A stretch of 42,414 nt of DNA, from IMG/VR virus record IMGVR_UViG_3300029581_000022, positions 1-42,414 of that record; one strand, given 5' to 3'. The position numbers and the translations under genes are program-made. Of the stretch, positions 40,082 through 42,414 are shown in pieces. The notes under the pieces were generated by a model. The model was not told the origin of the DNA. It did not search any database and worked only from the letters and a program-made list of their open reading frames with translations. The stretch is from a virus. Positions within the stretch are counted from its first letter, which is position 1; every line of letters starts with the position of its first letter.

Positions 40082-40858
40082 ATGTCTCTTTCTTCTGACA
40101 ACATCGGCTTGACTATGCCGGTGCAGCCCGCCAATACCAACAACGGCAACGGCTTTGGCTTTGGCGGCGATGGTTCGTGGTGGATCATCGTGCTCTTCCT
40201 TTTCATCTTCTGCGGCTGGGGCGGTAACTGGGGCGGCAATCGCGCCGGTGCCGGCACCGGCGTCGTAGATGGCTACATCCTGACCAGCGACTTCGCCAAC
40301 ATCGAACGCAAGATCGATGGCGTAAACAACGGTATGTGTGACGGTTTTTACCAGCAGGCACAGCTCATCAACGGCGTCCAGCAGAACATGAGTAACGGAT
40401 TCATGTCCGCCGAAATCAGCCGTGCAAATCAGCAGGCCGCTTTCATGCAGCAGCTGTTTGCTATGCAGATGCAGGCACAGGATTGCTGCTGCGAGACCCG
40501 GTCTGCTATCCAGGGCGTCAATTATAATCTGGCTACCCAGTCCTGCGAGACCCGGAACACTGTGCAGAACGCGACCCGGGACATCGTAGACAACCAGAAC
40601 CAGAACGCCCGGGCTATCCTGGACGCTCTCACAGCTCAGCGCATCGAGGCAAAGGACGCCAAGATCGCGGAGCAGAGCCAGCAGCTGTTCGCAGCACAGC
40701 TTGCGGCATCTCAGGCAGCCCAGAACGAAACGCTCAAGGCCTACATGAGCGGTCAGCTGGCCTACTACAACCCGCGTCCCGTTCCTGCCTTCCCGGTTCC
40801 TGCTCCGTACCAGTACGGTAATTGTGGCACCGGATGCGGCTGTAACGGCTGCGCATAA
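40082..40858 (+). CDS. Membrane-anchored Gly/Gln/Asn/Cys-rich protein
   Basis: GNGFGFGGDGSWWIIVLFLFIFCGWGGNWGGN is a Gly-flanked TM segment reminiscent of YjcZ-type sporulation peptides. CETR is repeated (DCCCETRSAIQ..SCETRNTVQ). Q/N-rich coiled segment. C-terminus GNCGTGCGCNGCA. Confidence 0.6.
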   Translation: MSLSSDNIGLTMPVQPANTNNGNGFGFGGDGSWWIIVLFLFIFCGWGGNWGGNRAGAGTGVVDGYILTSDFANIERKIDGVNNGMCDGFYQQAQLINGVQQNMSNGFMSAEISRANQQAAFMQQLFAMQMQAQDCCCETRSAIQGVNYNLATQSCETRNTVQNATRDIVDNQNQNARAILDALTAQRIEAKDAKIAEQSQQLFAAQLAASQAAQNETLKAYMSGQLAYYNPRPVPAFPVPAPYQYGNCGTGCGCNGCA

Positions 40859-40925
40859 CCAAATAACGGCAACTGACTACAATTTGTAGCCTGTTCAGCC
40901 CCTGAGCTGATTTTGCAAACCAGAG

Positions 40926-40953
40926 CGCCGGGGCAAAAGTCCCGGCGTTTTTT
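40926..40953 (+). terminator. Rho-independent terminator within the accessory operon
   Basis: cgccggg-gcaaaagt-cccggcg followed by tttttt. Confidence 0.7.
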
Positions 40954-40973
40954 CTATGAAAGGAGCCGATAAA

Positions 40974-41396
40974 ATGGCTGAATTTAGCAACTCCAACACC
41001 GTCACGGTGGCGGCGGGTGAAAACCTTCCCCTGACCGAGACCGCCGTGAAAGCCCCCGCCTGCATCATGCACCGTGAGGGCAGCGGCCTCGTGACCCTGC
41101 GCGGCCTGACAAACCAGTGCAAAGCCCGCTTCAAGGTGAGTTTTGGCGGCAATATTGCCGTTCCCACCGGCGGCACTGTGGGACCCATTTCCGTGGCGCT
41201 GGCTGTCGGCGGTGAGTCGCTGACCAGCGCGACCGCGATTGTCACCCCGGCGGCAGTCGAAAATTACTTCAATGTTTTCGTGGCTGCGTTCATCGAGGTG
41301 CCGCGTGGCTGCTGCGTGACCGTGGCGGTTAAAAACACCAGTACGCAGGCAGTCAGCATTGCAAACAGCAATCTGATTGTTGAGCGGGTAGCATAA
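40974..41396 (+). CDS. All-beta protein resembling BclA-C-terminal/TNF-like or Ena(DUF3992)-like jelly-roll subunits
   Basis: 140 aa. Alternating beta pattern NTVTVAAGENLPL...FKVSFGGNIAVPTGGTVGPISVALAVGGESL...CCVTVAVKNTSTQAVSIANSNLIVERV. AAAGGAG lies 8 nt before ATG 40974. The assignment rests on pattern memory only. Confidence 0.55.
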   Translation: MAEFSNSNTVTVAAGENLPLTETAVKAPACIMHREGSGLVTLRGLTNQCKARFKVSFGGNIAVPTGGTVGPISVALAVGGESLTSATAIVTPAAVENYFNVFVAAFIEVPRGCCVTVAVKNTSTQAVSIANSNLIVERVA

Positions 41397-41412
41397 GAAA
41401 GGAGATAAAGTC

Positions 41413-41814
41413 ATGCTGGATAAACTGAATCATCTGAAGGATGAGATGTGCGACGAGCTCATGGAGCTGACCGACAAAAAGAACCGCTCTCCGGGCGATG
41501 TTGAGATGATCGGCGAGATCGTGGACATCATTTTGGACATTCACCGCATCGAGGATTACTGCGAGGGCGGCGAGTACAGCCGTACAGGCGAGTGGGAAGC
41601 CGACATGCGCGGATCCTTCAACCGCGACGCCGGAAACGGTTACAACCGGGGCAACAGCTACGCCAACCGTGGCCGTCACTATGTGCGCGGACACTACTCC
41701 CGCACGGATGGCCGTGATCGCATGATCTCTGACATTGAGGACATGATGCAGGACGCCACCGGCGCAGAGCGAGACGCTTACAAACGCGCGGCAGACATTC
41801 TGCGCAACGCATAA
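41413..41814 (+). CDS. Hypothetical acidic/Arg-Tyr-Gly-rich protein
   Basis: 133 aa with a central GNGYNRGNSYANRGRHYVRGHYSRTDGRD. AAAGGAG upstream. Confidence 0.6.
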   Translation: MLDKLNHLKDEMCDELMELTDKKNRSPGDVEMIGEIVDIILDIHRIEDYCEGGEYSRTGEWEADMRGSFNRDAGNGYNRGNSYANRGRHYVRGHYSRTDGRDRMISDIEDMMQDATGAERDAYKRAADILRNA

Positions 41815-41832
41815 GGGAGGAGGGCGGCAAGT

Positions 41833-42165
41833 ATGGACATCGACGAGATCAACACCCATATCCACAAGCTGAAATGCGGATCGACGGACTGGCAGAGCGT
41901 GGAAAAACTTGCCGCCCTCTGCACCGTGAGGAATGAGCTGGAAGAAAAGCAGGCACCGGCAGAAATGCAGACTCAAGCGCTGCCTCCCGCGTCGTACCCG
42001 GCGGCATGCTCCACAAAAGCAAATCCGCAAAGCGAGTTCGTGGAAGCGGCCAGCGCCGCGCCCTTTGGAGGCTTGATGGAAGTGCTTGATGAGCACATGA
42101 GCGCCATAAAGCTTGCATACCCGAAAGAGTATGAGTTGGTCATGCGGAAGATAACCGCATTGTAA
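41833..42165 (+). CDS. Hypothetical protein
   Basis: 110 aa, GGGAGGAGGG upstream. Last gene before the att-arm repeats. Confidence 0.55.
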   Translation: MDIDEINTHIHKLKCGSTDWQSVEKLAALCTVRNELEEKQAPAEMQTQALPPASYPAACSTKANPQSEFVEAASAAPFGGLMEVLDEHMSAIKLAYPKEYELVMRKITAL

Positions 42166-42168
42166 AAC

Positions 42169-42189
42169 AACACAAAATGTGTTATTTTT
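42169..42189 (+). terminator. Weak AT-rich terminator hairpin
   Basis: aacaca-aaa-tgtgtt followed by attttt. Confidence 0.4.
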
Positions 42190-42400
42190 ACATACAGCCA
42201 AAACTTGAAAAATTGAATTTTTAAGTTTAATAAGCTAACGTAAGGCTAACAAACTTTGAATTTTTATCGATAAATGGTAAAATAAAACTGATTTTACATA
42301 CAGCCAAAACTTGAAAAATTGAATTTTTAAGTTTAATAAGCTAACGTAAGGCTAACAAACTTTGAATTTTTATCGATAAATGGTAAAATAAAACTGATTT
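42186..42400. repeat. Perfect 106-bp tandem duplication (2.03 copies) abutting the att core
   Basis: 42186-42291 equals 42292-42397. Copy 1 continues ...ctgatttt-acatacag. Copy 2 continues ...ctgattt-gtaatcagtgggtt, which is the tRNA-Thr anticodon arm. Confidence 0.9.
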
Positions 42401-42414
42401 GTAATCAGTGGGTT
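42316..42414. repeat. Terminal direct repeat, right copy (identical to 1-99)
   Basis: Exact identity, read directly. Confidence 0.9.

Larger units (their letters stand above)
1..42414. mobile_element. Complete temperate siphovirus-like phage genome, apparently a circularly closed contig (unique length 42315 bp)
   Basis: Integrase and att core, CI/Cro switch, replication, packaging, head, tail and lysis modules all lie on one molecule. Nt 1-99 equal nt 42316-42414 exactly. Confidence 0.85.

Overview
The window is an essentially complete temperate siphovirus-type phage genome. It has an HK97-style head module and a long non-contractile tail. GC is about 57-60 % in sampled stretches, which suggests a Clostridia-like host (inference only). 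Nt 1-99 are identical to nt 42316-42414, so this looks like a circularly closed contig with a unique length of 42315 bp, not a prophage with host flanks.

Gene order:
- attP core (3' half of a tRNA-Thr(UGU) plus terminator), then a tyrosine integrase.
- Minus-strand lysogeny module, including an AT-rich two-gene moron and a CI-like repressor.
- A textbook CI/Cro switch.
- Two antirepressors flanking an odd purine-rich ATGGCA-repeat region.
- Recombination and replication genes: Rad52-like annealase, SSB, DnaD-domain protein.
- Two orphan methyltransferases, RusA, and a sigma-like regulator.
- A 0.8-kb tRNA / tRNA-like / structured-RNA island.
- terS, terL, portal, MuF.
- A cargo-like insertion (two paralogous-ended small proteins around a DUF4417-like gene).
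- tRNA-Thr(UGU), scaffold, major capsid, connectors, major tail protein, G/G-T chaperones, tape measure, tail tip.
- A tail fibre whose C-terminus is the variable region of a diversity-generating retroelement (VR, TR, RT; no Avd seen).
- XkdW/XkdX-like genes, GH25 endolysin, XhlA-like protein, holin.
- A split sigma-like regulator.
- An island of promoter/terminator-bounded structured small RNAs.
- A seven-gene accessory operon of unknown, surface/spore-coat-like character.
- A perfect 106-bp tandem duplication abutting the att core.

Most interesting items:
- The DGR. Its RT reads YMDN instead of YxDD, and 3 of the 17 TR/VR mismatches are not at adenines.
- A tRNA-like gene with a 68-nt insertion and an A33 UUU anticodon loop.
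- The structured sRNA island.
- The right-arm accessory operon.
- The ATGGCA-repeat region.
- The AT-rich lysogeny moron.

All functional calls rest on motifs read by eye from the ORF track. No database search was run.
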